Assembly: GCA_947496555.1 (NCBI GenBank)
Contig: CANMDH010000027.1
Location: 261-64,260, forward strand
Direction of reading: 5' to 3'
Length of the DNA stretch: 64,000 bases
Source: an uncultured Aquimarina sp.
Lineage (GTDB): Bacteria > Bacteroidota > Bacteroidia > Flavobacteriales > Flavobacteriaceae
Made by a program: the position numbers and the translations under genes. The notes under the pieces were generated by a model. It saw only the letters and a program-made list of their open reading frames with translations, ran no database searches and had not been told where the DNA came from. Positions 29,659 to 38,354 of the stretch are shown here, one piece after another (the stretch's first letter is position 1; each line of letters starts with the position of its first letter).

Positions 29659-30975
29659 TTATATTGCTGGATCATCCGGAGTATTAGAGTTATTATCTCT
29701 TTCTGTATCTGGATAGGGATAGTAATTACGGTTTCTCTCTGGATTTGGATCATTTGGCCCTGGTCTACCAAACCTTCTACTATCTTCTAACGACATTCCG
29801 GACATGAAGAGTTCAATTCTTCTGTTTCTATAAATCTCTTCTAAAATATTTTGCTGTTCGTTAAGACCTGAATAGGCTGATAGATTGGCACCTAGATCAT
29901 AGATGTCTTCTGATGCCGTTTTGGTTAGTACTTCATTTAAGGCATCTATTGCTTGTGGGAGTTGATTAAGTCTGGCATATGCTTCCGCCTTAATTAGAAT
30001 TACTTCACCTGGTAAATAAACTGGTATCTCATCCAGGTTATCTTCAAAGAACCCTACTGCAAAATATGCATCATCTCCGGTAGAAGGATCTTGTGCCAGT
30101 GTTATATAAAAATCTATTCTTTCATCGTTATTATTTGGTAGTAAGTCGTCTGGTAGCCCAAATCTAGTATCTTTTGCTTCTACGACATTGTTAGTACTAT
30201 ATACATCTGCAATCGGATTTGGTATTGCCGAATCATATGCCCAAGTAGAAGTAGTATTAAAATCAATGTTATCTGCCGCCGTAATTGCACTATTATACTC
30301 TTGGTTCATTAGATAATACCTTGCTAATAGTGCTTGTATAGAATTAGCTAAATCCACCGAGTTGAAAATATTAGAAGTTACGGTTGTTGATAATCCATTT
30401 TGAATGATATTTTCTGCCATTTCCAAATCTTCTATTGAGGCTGTAAGCACTTCGGTTCTGGTATTAAATGCTGCATTTCGTTCAATAGATAATGGGATTT
30501 GTTCGAAGAATTGGATTAATGTACCATGAGCCAAAGCTCTGTAATAGTATCCGTAGGCTTTTAGGGTATTAGCGACTTGGGTATCTGTAGCGGCACCATC
30601 TGCAGCGTTTATCACTGTAGTAGCCTCTTTTCTTACGAGCATCAATTGTCCCCATAAATTACGTAAGATACCATTGTTTATAGTAAGTCCGGTACCCCCA
30701 TTAGTTAATTGAGCTTCGGCTTCGTTACCAGGGTTGATTAACCTAAGTTCTCCGGTAGTTAGCCCCGAAGCAGTTACTGTTGTATATTTTGCTCCGGCAC
30801 GATCGGTACTATATCGTTTTTGGATTCCATTGATAAGGGAAGTAAGATTGTCTACACTACTTTCAACCTCGGGATCAGATATATTAATAGGATCTATAAA
30901 TTCTTTATCGCAGGATGAAAATATAAACACGATTAATAGCATTGAATATATATTAAATAATTTCATAACATTCAT
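29659..30975 (-). CDS. RagB/SusD family nutrient-uptake outer membrane lipoprotein
   Basis: 438 aa. Lipobox FIFSSCD and SusD-like helices (LIKAEAYARLNQLPQAIDALNEV). It starts 3 nt after the SusC stop, the canonical susC-susD pairing. Confidence 0.88.
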   Translation of the reverse strand: MNVMKLFNIYSMLLIVFIFSSCDKEFIDPINISDPEVESSVDNLTSLINGIQKRYSTDRAGAKYTTVTASGLTTGELRLINPGNEAEAQLTNGGTGLTINNGILRNLWGQLMLVRKEATTVINAADGAATDTQVANTLKAYGYYYRALAHGTLIQFFEQIPLSIERNAAFNTRTEVLTASIEDLEMAENIIQNGLSTTVTSNIFNSVDLANSIQALLARYYLMNQEYNSAITAADNIDFNTTSTWAYDSAIPNPIADVYSTNNVVEAKDTRFGLPDDLLPNNNDERIDFYITLAQDPSTGDDAYFAVGFFEDNLDEIPVYLPGEVILIKAEAYARLNQLPQAIDALNEVLTKTASEDIYDLGANLSAYSGLNEQQNILEEIYRNRRIELFMSGMSLEDSRRFGRPGPNDPNPERNRNYYPYPDTERDNNSNTPDDPAI

Positions 30976-30978
30976 TTT

Positions 30979-33900
30979 TTAAAGGTTAGCACTTACAGAA
31001 AAAATAAAAGTCCTTGGAATAGGTACACTACCAAAGTTTACAGCTCTTAATAGGTTGGATTGCCCTCCTGCATTGGTTTCGGGATCATAACTAAAGAAAT
31101 TGTCAAAAGAAATCAGATTTCTTCCTTTAAAAGCAATAGTCATATCTTTAATACCTTTAATTAATTCAGGAAAGGAATAACTGATAGAGACTTCACGTAG
31201 TTTTACAAAAGATCCATCTTCCATTCTAAATTCTTGTATGGGATATATGGATGAGATATATCCTCTTGGTAATTCTCCGCTTAATTCTTGCTCTGCTAGT
31301 CGACCGACACCAACTCCTTGTCGGGTTCTTTTATCTGCGTCAAAAACATCAAAACCTTGTACTGCTTCCCATAACATAGAAAAAGAAAAGTTTTTATAGC
31401 TAAAATCTGTTCCTACCCCTAGAATAAAATCAGGATTAGGATCGCCAATCACTCGTCTTAAGTTGCTTCCCGTGGGTTGTCCATTGGCATCTCGTAGTAC
31501 TTCACCTGTGACTGGATCTCCTTTCTCAGGTTGAGGTAATCCATCTTCTGTCAAAAGCAAGCTTCCGTTAGTATTGCGAGCAAAGTAGGTGCCATAAAAT
31601 ACTCCTAGCGGTTCTCCTTCTCTTACTTGAGGTGGGGCACCAGATACTGTAGCAATTGATATGGGACCACCTATAGTTTTGGTCACTTCATTTTGATTCC
31701 GGCTAAAGTTGGCATTCAGGTTCCATTGCATTTTATCATTTTTAATCGGAGTAATCCTTAGATAGGCTTCTAAACCATTATTTTTCATGGTGCCAACATT
31801 TTCAAATCTGGTAGACCCCCCTTCAGACGGAGCTATCGTCCTCTGAACAATGAGGTCAGAAATTTCCTGGTTGTAATATGTGAAAAGAACTGAAATTCGG
31901 TTATTGAGAAAACTGAGGTCTGTTCCTATTTCAAATTCTTTAAGGCGTTCTACCTCCAGGCCTTCATTACCCAGAGAGCTGGATTGATTTAATGGGTCTG
32001 ATCCCAAAAATTCACTGGGCTGATATCTGCCAAATCGCGAATAAGGACCAACCGCAGTCAAATTACCTGCCTCACCAAATGAAGATCGAATACGAGCGGA
32101 GTTGATAACGTTACCTATTCCAGAATTTTTCCAGAAGTCCTCATTAGAAAGCACATAAGACCCTGATATTTTAGGATAGAAATTGGTCCTCTTATCCGGA
32201 TCAAAGTTGGTAGCGCCATCTATACGTCCGGCTAATGTGAGGAAGTATCTATCGCTAAAGGATAAGGTCTCTTGTAAAAAACCACCAAAAATTTCTATTT
32301 CGTCATCACTTAATTGTGTCTGAAGTGGTATCGTTGGAACTCCGCTTTCATCGAGACCTCTACCTTGGGTTCCTGTGTATTCTAATTTACTGGATTGAAA
32401 ATTATAACCAATAATGGTTTGAGAATTAATCGTTTCAGACAAATCAAAATCTAAAGTAGCATTGATATCGTAATTCCAGTTAAAAATATCTGCTTCTGCA
32501 TTTCCAAGGTATCCATTGTCAAAATAAGCTGAATTTACTGGCGAATATGGATATACAGGAATAGAAATATTTCCTTCTTGTTTATAAGTATCAACACCCA
32601 AAATCTGGTCTATAGTAAGGAATTTAAGTGGTTTTAAAGATACTTTCAGGCTAGGGACAAATCGATTTACTTCTTGAGTAATATCAAATTCTTCTATAAT
32701 GGTCAATGGATTGACTCGAGTAGGTTCTACACTTTGCAGGTTTCCATTTTCATCTCTTCGAGTGGCATCGTAAATATTATTGGTAATATTTACAGCATTT
32801 ATAGGACTCCAAAACACGTTTCCATCAGGTTTCTCGTCGGATTGACTGTTTACATAATAAAAGCCCAGGTCATAGGACAACCAATCTGTAACCTTGTGAT
32901 TGAGTGATAATCTTGTGGATAATCTTTCGTACTTTGTATTTTTAATGATCCCTTCGTTTGAGGTATATCCTATAGAACCTGCATAACTTAATTTTTCATT
33001 CCCATCTCGATAGGAAATATAATGATCACTACCTATCCCAGTTCTGAATATTAGGTCCTGATAGTCATATCGTTGTACTTCTACCTTGTTTGTCAATAAA
33101 TTTGCAAAGGGAGTCGTGTTTCCATCTGCATCTCTACCAAATATAGGCCATAATCGAACGTCTTCTCCTCCAAATTGTTCGCCACGAAGGTTGGTGTCTA
33201 CTTTTTTTCTAAGGTCATTGATATTTGTTGATGTTTTGATAAATATTTCTGGGCCATCACCAAAATTACGTCCACGTTTAGTAGTAATGATCACTACACC
33301 ATTAGATGCTCTTGATCCATAGATAGCTGCAGCAGCAGATCCGTTAAGAATGTTGATATCTGCAATATCATTGGGATTGAAATCTACTAAACGATTTTGT
33401 CCTGGGGATGCATCACCGGCACTTACATTGATATTAGTCACATTTGTAGTAAGGTTACTTGCAATTACTCCATCTATAATGTATAAGGTGTCAGATGATC
33501 CACTAATGGTACTAGGTCCTCGCAGGCGGATGGAAAAACCACCTGCCGGATCTCCTGAGTTTTGTGTAATTTGCGCTCCTGGAATCTTGCCTTGTAAGGC
33601 CGAAGTAACATCTACAGGGTTTGATTTTACTAAATCACCTGCTTTGATAGAAGTAACTGCATTTCCTAGTTTTTTCCTTTCCTGAACCACAGTAGAACCA
33701 GTAACAATGACTTCATCCAGACTTAATAAATCTTCTGTAATCTGAAAATCTTGTACAATTTCAGTTTCCGTGCCTAAAGTAATAGTAATTTTCTGTGTAG
33801 AATATCCTAAAGAACTTACTATCAATTGATAATCTCCTGATGCAGTTGAAGCAGTGAAAGTATATTTTCCGTCAAAGTCGGATACACCTCCAAAGGAAGA

Positions 33901-34080
33901 ACCTTCTATATATACTGATACTCCAGGGATCGGTACGCTGGTTGCTTGATCTGTAACGGTTCCTGAAATAGTATAAAAATTGTTCTGCGCATTTACTACA
34001 GAACAGAATGTCATAAATAGTAATAGACTTACTATTTTTTTTACGGGTATTCGCCGTAATAATTTGCCCCTATTTTTCAT
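30979..34080 (-). CDS. SusC/RagA family TonB-linked outer membrane protein
   Basis: 1033 aa. Signal peptide, CarboxypepD_reg domain (YTISGTVTDQATSVPIPGVSVYIEG), plug (ALQGKIPGAQITQNSGDPAGGFSIRLRG, IIDGV), then a large beta-barrel. Confidence 0.93.
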   Translation of the reverse strand: MKNRGKLLRRIPVKKIVSLLLFMTFCSVVNAQNNFYTISGTVTDQATSVPIPGVSVYIEGSSFGGVSDFDGKYTFTASTASGDYQLIVSSLGYSTQKITITLGTETEIVQDFQITEDLLSLDEVIVTGSTVVQERKKLGNAVTSIKAGDLVKSNPVDVTSALQGKIPGAQITQNSGDPAGGFSIRLRGPSTISGSSDTLYIIDGVIASNLTTNVTNINVSAGDASPGQNRLVDFNPNDIADINILNGSAAAAIYGSRASNGVVIITTKRGRNFGDGPEIFIKTSTNINDLRKKVDTNLRGEQFGGEDVRLWPIFGRDADGNTTPFANLLTNKVEVQRYDYQDLIFRTGIGSDHYISYRDGNEKLSYAGSIGYTSNEGIIKNTKYERLSTRLSLNHKVTDWLSYDLGFYYVNSQSDEKPDGNVFWSPINAVNITNNIYDATRRDENGNLQSVEPTRVNPLTIIEEFDITQEVNRFVPSLKVSLKPLKFLTIDQILGVDTYKQEGNISIPVYPYSPVNSAYFDNGYLGNAEADIFNWNYDINATLDFDLSETINSQTIIGYNFQSSKLEYTGTQGRGLDESGVPTIPLQTQLSDDEIEIFGGFLQETLSFSDRYFLTLAGRIDGATNFDPDKRTNFYPKISGSYVLSNEDFWKNSGIGNVINSARIRSSFGEAGNLTAVGPYSRFGRYQPSEFLGSDPLNQSSSLGNEGLEVERLKEFEIGTDLSFLNNRISVLFTYYNQEISDLIVQRTIAPSEGGSTRFENVGTMKNNGLEAYLRITPIKNDKMQWNLNANFSRNQNEVTKTIGGPISIATVSGAPPQVREGEPLGVFYGTYFARNTNGSLLLTEDGLPQPEKGDPVTGEVLRDANGQPTGSNLRRVIGDPNPDFILGVGTDFSYKNFSFSMLWEAVQGFDVFDADKRTRQGVGVGRLAEQELSGELPRGYISSIYPIQEFRMEDGSFVKLREVSISYSFPELIKGIKDMTIAFKGRNLISFDNFFSYDPETNAGGQSNLLRAVNFGSVPIPRTFIFSVSANL

Positions 34081-34129
34081 ATAATTGTGTTTAGAATTAG
34101 CTCACATTTTTGGAACCCGAAACGAGTTC

Positions 34130-36076
34130 TTAGAATTTGTATCGCACAAATCCTTCTATGGCTTCATATTCAGGAAGCCCAAGTTTGTTATACTTTATGG
34201 CAGTAGATTTGTTTCGTTCTTCGGCACGCTGCCAAAATTCGCGGGCGTCATTGCCAGGAAACATAGCACTATCTTTTTGAGACTGGTGCTTAAAAATCGC
34301 ACTGCGTTTGCGGGCCATGTCTTTGGGACCAATGGGTACTGCCATCTCCATATCAGAGATATCCCATTCTTGCCAGGCGCCACGATATAACCATACATAC
34401 GTATTATTGATCCATGGAACATTTTCTTTAACAAGTCGATCAATAGCTTCGTAGATAATTTTGAGGCAAACTCTATGGGTGCCATGAGGATCTGAAAGAT
34501 CTCCCGCAGCAAAAATTTGATGAGGTTTTGTTTTTTGTAATAAGTCGTAGGTAATTTGTACATCTTCTTCACCTGGAGGTTTCTTTTTAATCGCTCCGGT
34601 TTCATAAAACGGAAGGTTTAAAAAATGCGCGTTTTCTTCTAATACATCACAATACCTGCAGGCAGATAATGCTTCCCCTTTTCTAATCAATCCTTTAAAA
34701 TTTTGAATTTCGGGAGTATCGATGTCTCCCGGGGATTTATTTTCAATAAAATGTCGTACTTGTTTTAAAAGTATAGAAAGTTCTTCACTGGCTTGTTGAT
34801 TTTTAACCACATCTCTGGTAAAATCCAGAAAGCGTATTACTTCATCATCAAATACTGCTATGTTACCCGAAGTTTGATATGCTACATGTACATCATGTCC
34901 CTGATCTACCAGTCGAAGTAACGTGCCTCCCATAGAGATCACATCATCATCGGGATGCGGACTAAATATCAAAGAAGTTTTTGGATACGGTTCTGCACGT
35001 TCTGGTCTATTGGAGTCATCAACTCTTGGCTTCCCTCCAGGCCAGCCTGTTATGGTACGTTGTAGTTGATTAAATACTCTTAGGTTAATTTCCTCGGCAG
35101 AACCTATCTCGGCAATTAGACTACCCATACCAAATTCATTGTAATCTTCATTGGTGAGTTTTAATAATGCCTTATCCAACTTTTCTGAAAGCCAGATGGC
35201 TGCTCTTTTAATTAAGGTATTATTCCAATGGCAATCAGAGACCAACCAAGGAGTTTTTACTCGGGTAAGTTCTGAAGCTGCAGCCTCATCAATAATAAAG
35301 GTGCAATTGTTATGTTTTTGAAGGAAAGTAGCTGGTATGAAGTCGGTAACTTCTCCTTCTATGGATTGATTGATAATATTGGCTTTTCCTTCTCCCCAAG
35401 CTAATAAAAATATCTTTTTGGCGGCCATTATAGTTCCTACACCCATAGTAATAGCTCTTGCGGGTACGCTTTCTTCTCCAAAAAAGTCACTGGCAGCATC
35501 AAGTCGGGTAACTTTATCCAAACGAATTAAACGAGTTTTGCTGTTTATAGAGGATCCAGGTTCATTAAATCCTACATGTCCGGTTCTACCGATACCTAGT
35601 ATTTGAATATCGATTCCTCCATAATGTTGAATTAGGTTTTCATAGGCTTCGCAAGCCTGTTTTATTTGATCAATAGGTAAAGTGCCATCCGGGATATGAA
35701 TATTTTTCTTCTCAATATCTATATGATCAAAGAGATGCTCATTCATAAATCGAACATAACTTTGCAATGATTTTGGTTGGATAGGGTAGTATTCGTCTAG
35801 ATTAAATGTGATTACATTTTTGAAACTTAGCCCTTCGTTTTTATGAAGTGCTACCAAATATTCATATACTTTGGTTGGACTAGAACCTGTAGCCAATCCT
35901 AAAACTGTATGCTTACCAAGTTCTGAATTTTCTTTAATAAGTTTTGCTATTTGGTGAGCAACATAACGCGATGCTTTTTCAGAACTTTCATAAATCGATG
36001 CTTCGATTTTTTCGTATTTTTTTGATTCTGGATCAAGAAGATACTCCAGTTTAGGGTCCTTAGAAAGCATTTCCAT
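34130..36076 (-). CDS. nagB: glucosamine-6-phosphate deaminase fused to a PIG-L/LmbE-type deacetylase domain (long Bacteroidota NagB)
   Basis: NagB motifs LGLATGSSP and ILGIGRTGHVGFNEPGS in the N-terminal half, and PIG-L motif SPHPDDDVISMGGTL in the C-terminal half. The track start at 36082 is a TTG. The ATG at 36076 (MEMLSKDPK) is preferred. Confidence 0.9.
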   Translation of the reverse strand: MEMLSKDPKLEYLLDPESKKYEKIEASIYESSEKASRYVAHQIAKLIKENSELGKHTVLGLATGSSPTKVYEYLVALHKNEGLSFKNVITFNLDEYYPIQPKSLQSYVRFMNEHLFDHIDIEKKNIHIPDGTLPIDQIKQACEAYENLIQHYGGIDIQILGIGRTGHVGFNEPGSSINSKTRLIRLDKVTRLDAASDFFGEESVPARAITMGVGTIMAAKKIFLLAWGEGKANIINQSIEGEVTDFIPATFLQKHNNCTFIIDEAAASELTRVKTPWLVSDCHWNNTLIKRAAIWLSEKLDKALLKLTNEDYNEFGMGSLIAEIGSAEEINLRVFNQLQRTITGWPGGKPRVDDSNRPERAEPYPKTSLIFSPHPDDDVISMGGTLLRLVDQGHDVHVAYQTSGNIAVFDDEVIRFLDFTRDVVKNQQASEELSILLKQVRHFIENKSPGDIDTPEIQNFKGLIRKGEALSACRYCDVLEENAHFLNLPFYETGAIKKKPPGEEDVQITYDLLQKTKPHQIFAAGDLSDPHGTHRVCLKIIYEAIDRLVKENVPWINNTYVWLYRGAWQEWDISDMEMAVPIGPKDMARKRSAIFKHQSQKDSAMFPGNDAREFWQRAEERNKSTAIKYNKLGLPEYEAIEGFVRYKF

Positions 36077-36146
36077 AAGCAATGTATTTTTGTGTGAATA
36101 CTATGTAACGAATAAGTCAGTACTAAATTAATGTATTAAATTCTAA

Positions 36147-36221
36147 TTTTTGCAATATTTTGCTGTTTTTATTAACAAAAGCGAGTTAATTACTATATTT
36201 GCTATTAAAATATTGCAAAAA
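36147..36221. promoter_or_regulatory. pair of perfect 15-bp inverted repeats in the nagB/deoR divergent region (candidate DeoR operator)
   Basis: TTTTTGCAATATTTT (36147-36161) and its exact reverse complement AAAATATTGCAAAAA (36207-36221) lie 45 nt apart. A TATATTTG -7 box at 36194-36201 would place the second repeat about at the deoR transcription start. Confidence 0.5.
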
Positions 36222-36240
36222 ACTGCAATTTATAAAATGT

Positions 36241-36990
36241 ATGCTTAAGGAAGAACGTCAACAAGTAATTATCAACGAGGTAAGAATTCATAGTAGGGTT
36301 TCATTATCTGAGTTATCTGATAAACTGGATGTATCTATAGATACTGTTAGAAGAGATGTTAAAGAATTAGATAAACTAGGAACTCTGAAAAAAGTGCACG
36401 GAGGGGCTGTATCTCTCGGTTTTGCACTTCATAATTATAAGGAGCAAAATATTTACCTGCATGAAAAAAAATCTAATATTGCAGAAAAGGCAATTTCATT
36501 GATTCCGAATCGAAGTGTAATTCTGATTAGTGGGGGTACAACCAATCTTGAGATGGCTAGATTGTTACCTTCTAAATTAAAAATAACAGTTTTTACCCCA
36601 AGCTTACCTATAGCAATGCAGCTTATCTTGCATCCCAATGCTGAAGTTATTTTTATCGGAGGAAAATTATCGAAAGAGGCAAAAATAACAACAGGAGGAA
36701 AGGCAATTTATGACTTATCGCAGATTACAGTTGATATAGGTTTTATAGGTACTGGGTATATAGATTCACAAAATGGACTTACCGAATTTGATTGGGATGT
36801 AGTACAAATGAAAAAAGCAATGATAGCGGCTTCAAAAAAAGTGATAGTACCAACAATATCAGAAAAATTAAATACATATCAGTGTTATAAGACTTGTGAT
36901 TTGAATACTGTTGATACTCTAATAACAGAGTTAGATCCCGATGCTCATCAATTAGATCCGTTCAGAAGTCATAATATCAAGATTTTGTAA
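36241..36990 (+). CDS. DeoR/GlpR family transcriptional regulator
   Basis: N-terminal HTH (LSELSDKLDVSIDTVRRDVKELD) and a DeoR C-terminal sugar-phosphate sensor domain. The track start at 36199 is a TTG and would bury the repeat. The ATG at 36241 (MLKEERQQVII) is typical. Confidence 0.88.
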   Translation: MLKEERQQVIINEVRIHSRVSLSELSDKLDVSIDTVRRDVKELDKLGTLKKVHGGAVSLGFALHNYKEQNIYLHEKKSNIAEKAISLIPNRSVILISGGTTNLEMARLLPSKLKITVFTPSLPIAMQLILHPNAEVIFIGGKLSKEAKITTGGKAIYDLSQITVDIGFIGTGYIDSQNGLTEFDWDVVQMKKAMIAASKKVIVPTISEKLNTYQCYKTCDLNTVDTLITELDPDAHQLDPFRSHNIKIL

Positions 36991-37036
36991 GTTACTTCTT
37001 CTAAAGAGTGGATAATAGTCTTAAAATATACGTTAG

Positions 37037-37051
37037 CAAAAGGCTTCCTTT
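37037..37051. terminator. small hairpin between convergent genes (AAAAGG-CTT-CCTTTT)
   Basis: 6-bp stem with a 3-nt loop, between the deoR stop (36990) and the stop of the 37059 gene. Weak. Confidence 0.2.
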
Positions 37052-37058
37052 TTAGGGA

Positions 37059-37841
37059 TTATATTTTAGTAATATACTGAAGATCGAGTATCTCTGTATT
37101 GATTTCGGGCAAGGATTTTTTATAATAAAAATCAATAATTTGATTCTCTAGGTAAGGTCTAATAGCTTCGATATTATTTTCATTATAAAGTCTGTAAACG
37201 TATACTCCTTCTGATTTTTTGAATGCTTTCATAAGCTCATCAGGGTTCTTAACAATATCGATATTTTTATATTTTTCAAATTTTTTCTTCATCCATCGAT
37301 GGCAGGACAATTTGGTCTGGCTATCAATAAGATCCTTTTTAAGTTGATCAAATTTCTCGATATTAGAAAAATCTTCATTTAATGCTCGATCCAGGGAGAC
37401 TTTGGCTTTTGTAAATTGTCGCTCAAATTTAAAATCGACAACGTACATATCCTTTTTTACTTTCTTTACTACTTCATAAAGAGCATTTTCATAAATATTG
37501 GCAAAATCTTCATAGCTATATAAGGCATTCAGGAATATAATAGCGTTTTTCTTGTAATATTTTGGAATAGGTTGTTTTTTGGCTTTTATGAAAAGGGTAT
37601 GAAGTTCTTGTTCAATCTCATCGGGAATATCTACAAATTTTGAGTCGTTCTTTAGTGCTCTTAATTGTGCGGTAATCTGAAGCCGTGTTCCTTTATATAG
37701 TTCGGACTTATGTTTAAACCTATATTTATTTGGAGAGATTTCTTCGTTTTGGGCAGTAATTTGGATTGAGGTTAAAAGCATTATAAAAAATGCCAAAAAC
37801 CTTGTAAATAATAGTTTGGTCGGTATTTGTTTGCCCCTCAT
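37059..37841 (-). CDS. secreted hypothetical protein
   Basis: 260 aa with a signal peptide (FLAFFIMLLTSIQITAQ). Lys/Glu-rich and helical-looking, with no recognised motif. It lies 48 nt downstream of the cytochrome c gene. Confidence 0.6.
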   Translation of the reverse strand: MRGKQIPTKLLFTRFLAFFIMLLTSIQITAQNEEISPNKYRFKHKSELYKGTRLQITAQLRALKNDSKFVDIPDEIEQELHTLFIKAKKQPIPKYYKKNAIIFLNALYSYEDFANIYENALYEVVKKVKKDMYVVDFKFERQFTKAKVSLDRALNEDFSNIEKFDQLKKDLIDSQTKLSCHRWMKKKFEKYKNIDIVKNPDELMKAFKKSEGVYVYRLYNENNIEAIRPYLENQIIDFYYKKSLPEINTEILDLQYITKI

Positions 37842-37889
37842 TTGTGTGTTAACGATAACATAGTATTAATAACGTATAATCACCGACGA

Positions 37890-38354
37890 TTATTTTTTAA
37901 TACTACTAACTTCTTCTAAAGTTACCATTTTTTTTTGAGTATTACCCCAGCTGTTCATAATGTAGTTCATTACATCGGCAATTTCTTCATCTTCTAGACC
38001 TAATGAGGTCATGGCACTGTTATAGGGCTTGCCATTTACTTCGATGGGTCCGTTTAGGCCATATTTTATGGAGTGAATACTTTCCTTGCGTTTATTGATT
38101 AACCAATCTGATCCTGCCAATGGCGGAAACACATTGGGAGTTCCTTTCCCATCGGGCAAATGACATTGCATACAGAAATCTGAATAAATCTCTTTTCCAC
38201 GAGCAATGCTTTCGTTTAATTTAGCATCTTGTAGATCAAAAGTGATATCCTTGGTGTATGATGCTTTAGAATTTCCGTTTTGGGTAATTATAAAGACTGT
38301 TGTAATAAAAACAGCGATTTCTAATGCACCTATTTTCTTAAGATGTTTTATCAT
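37890..38354 (-). CDS. membrane-anchored class I c-type cytochrome
   Basis: 154 aa. N-terminal TM anchor, heme motif CMQCH and a distal Met region (NSAMTSLG). Its start overlaps the dehydrogenase stop by 4 nt. Confidence 0.85.
   Translation of the reverse strand: MIKHLKKIGALEIAVFITTVFIITQNGNSKASYTKDITFDLQDAKLNESIARGKEIYSDFCMQCHLPDGKGTPNVFPPLAGSDWLINKRKESIHSIKYGLNGPIEVNGKPYNSAMTSLGLEDEEIADVMNYIMNSWGNTQKKMVTLEEVSSIKK

Noticed and set aside
34085-34605. Two ORFs overlapping the 3' part of nagB: 101 aa on the plus strand and 136 aa on the minus strand in another frame
   Set aside because: The nagB-PIG-L frame is continuous and motif-bearing through this region. The alternatives have no motifs.
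37007-37015. DnaA-box-like 9-mer AGTGGATAA (8/9 match to TGTGGATAA), considered because parAB and recF are in the window
   Set aside because: It is a single isolated near-match with no cluster of boxes and no adjacent AT-rich unwinding element. There is no evidence for oriC in this window.
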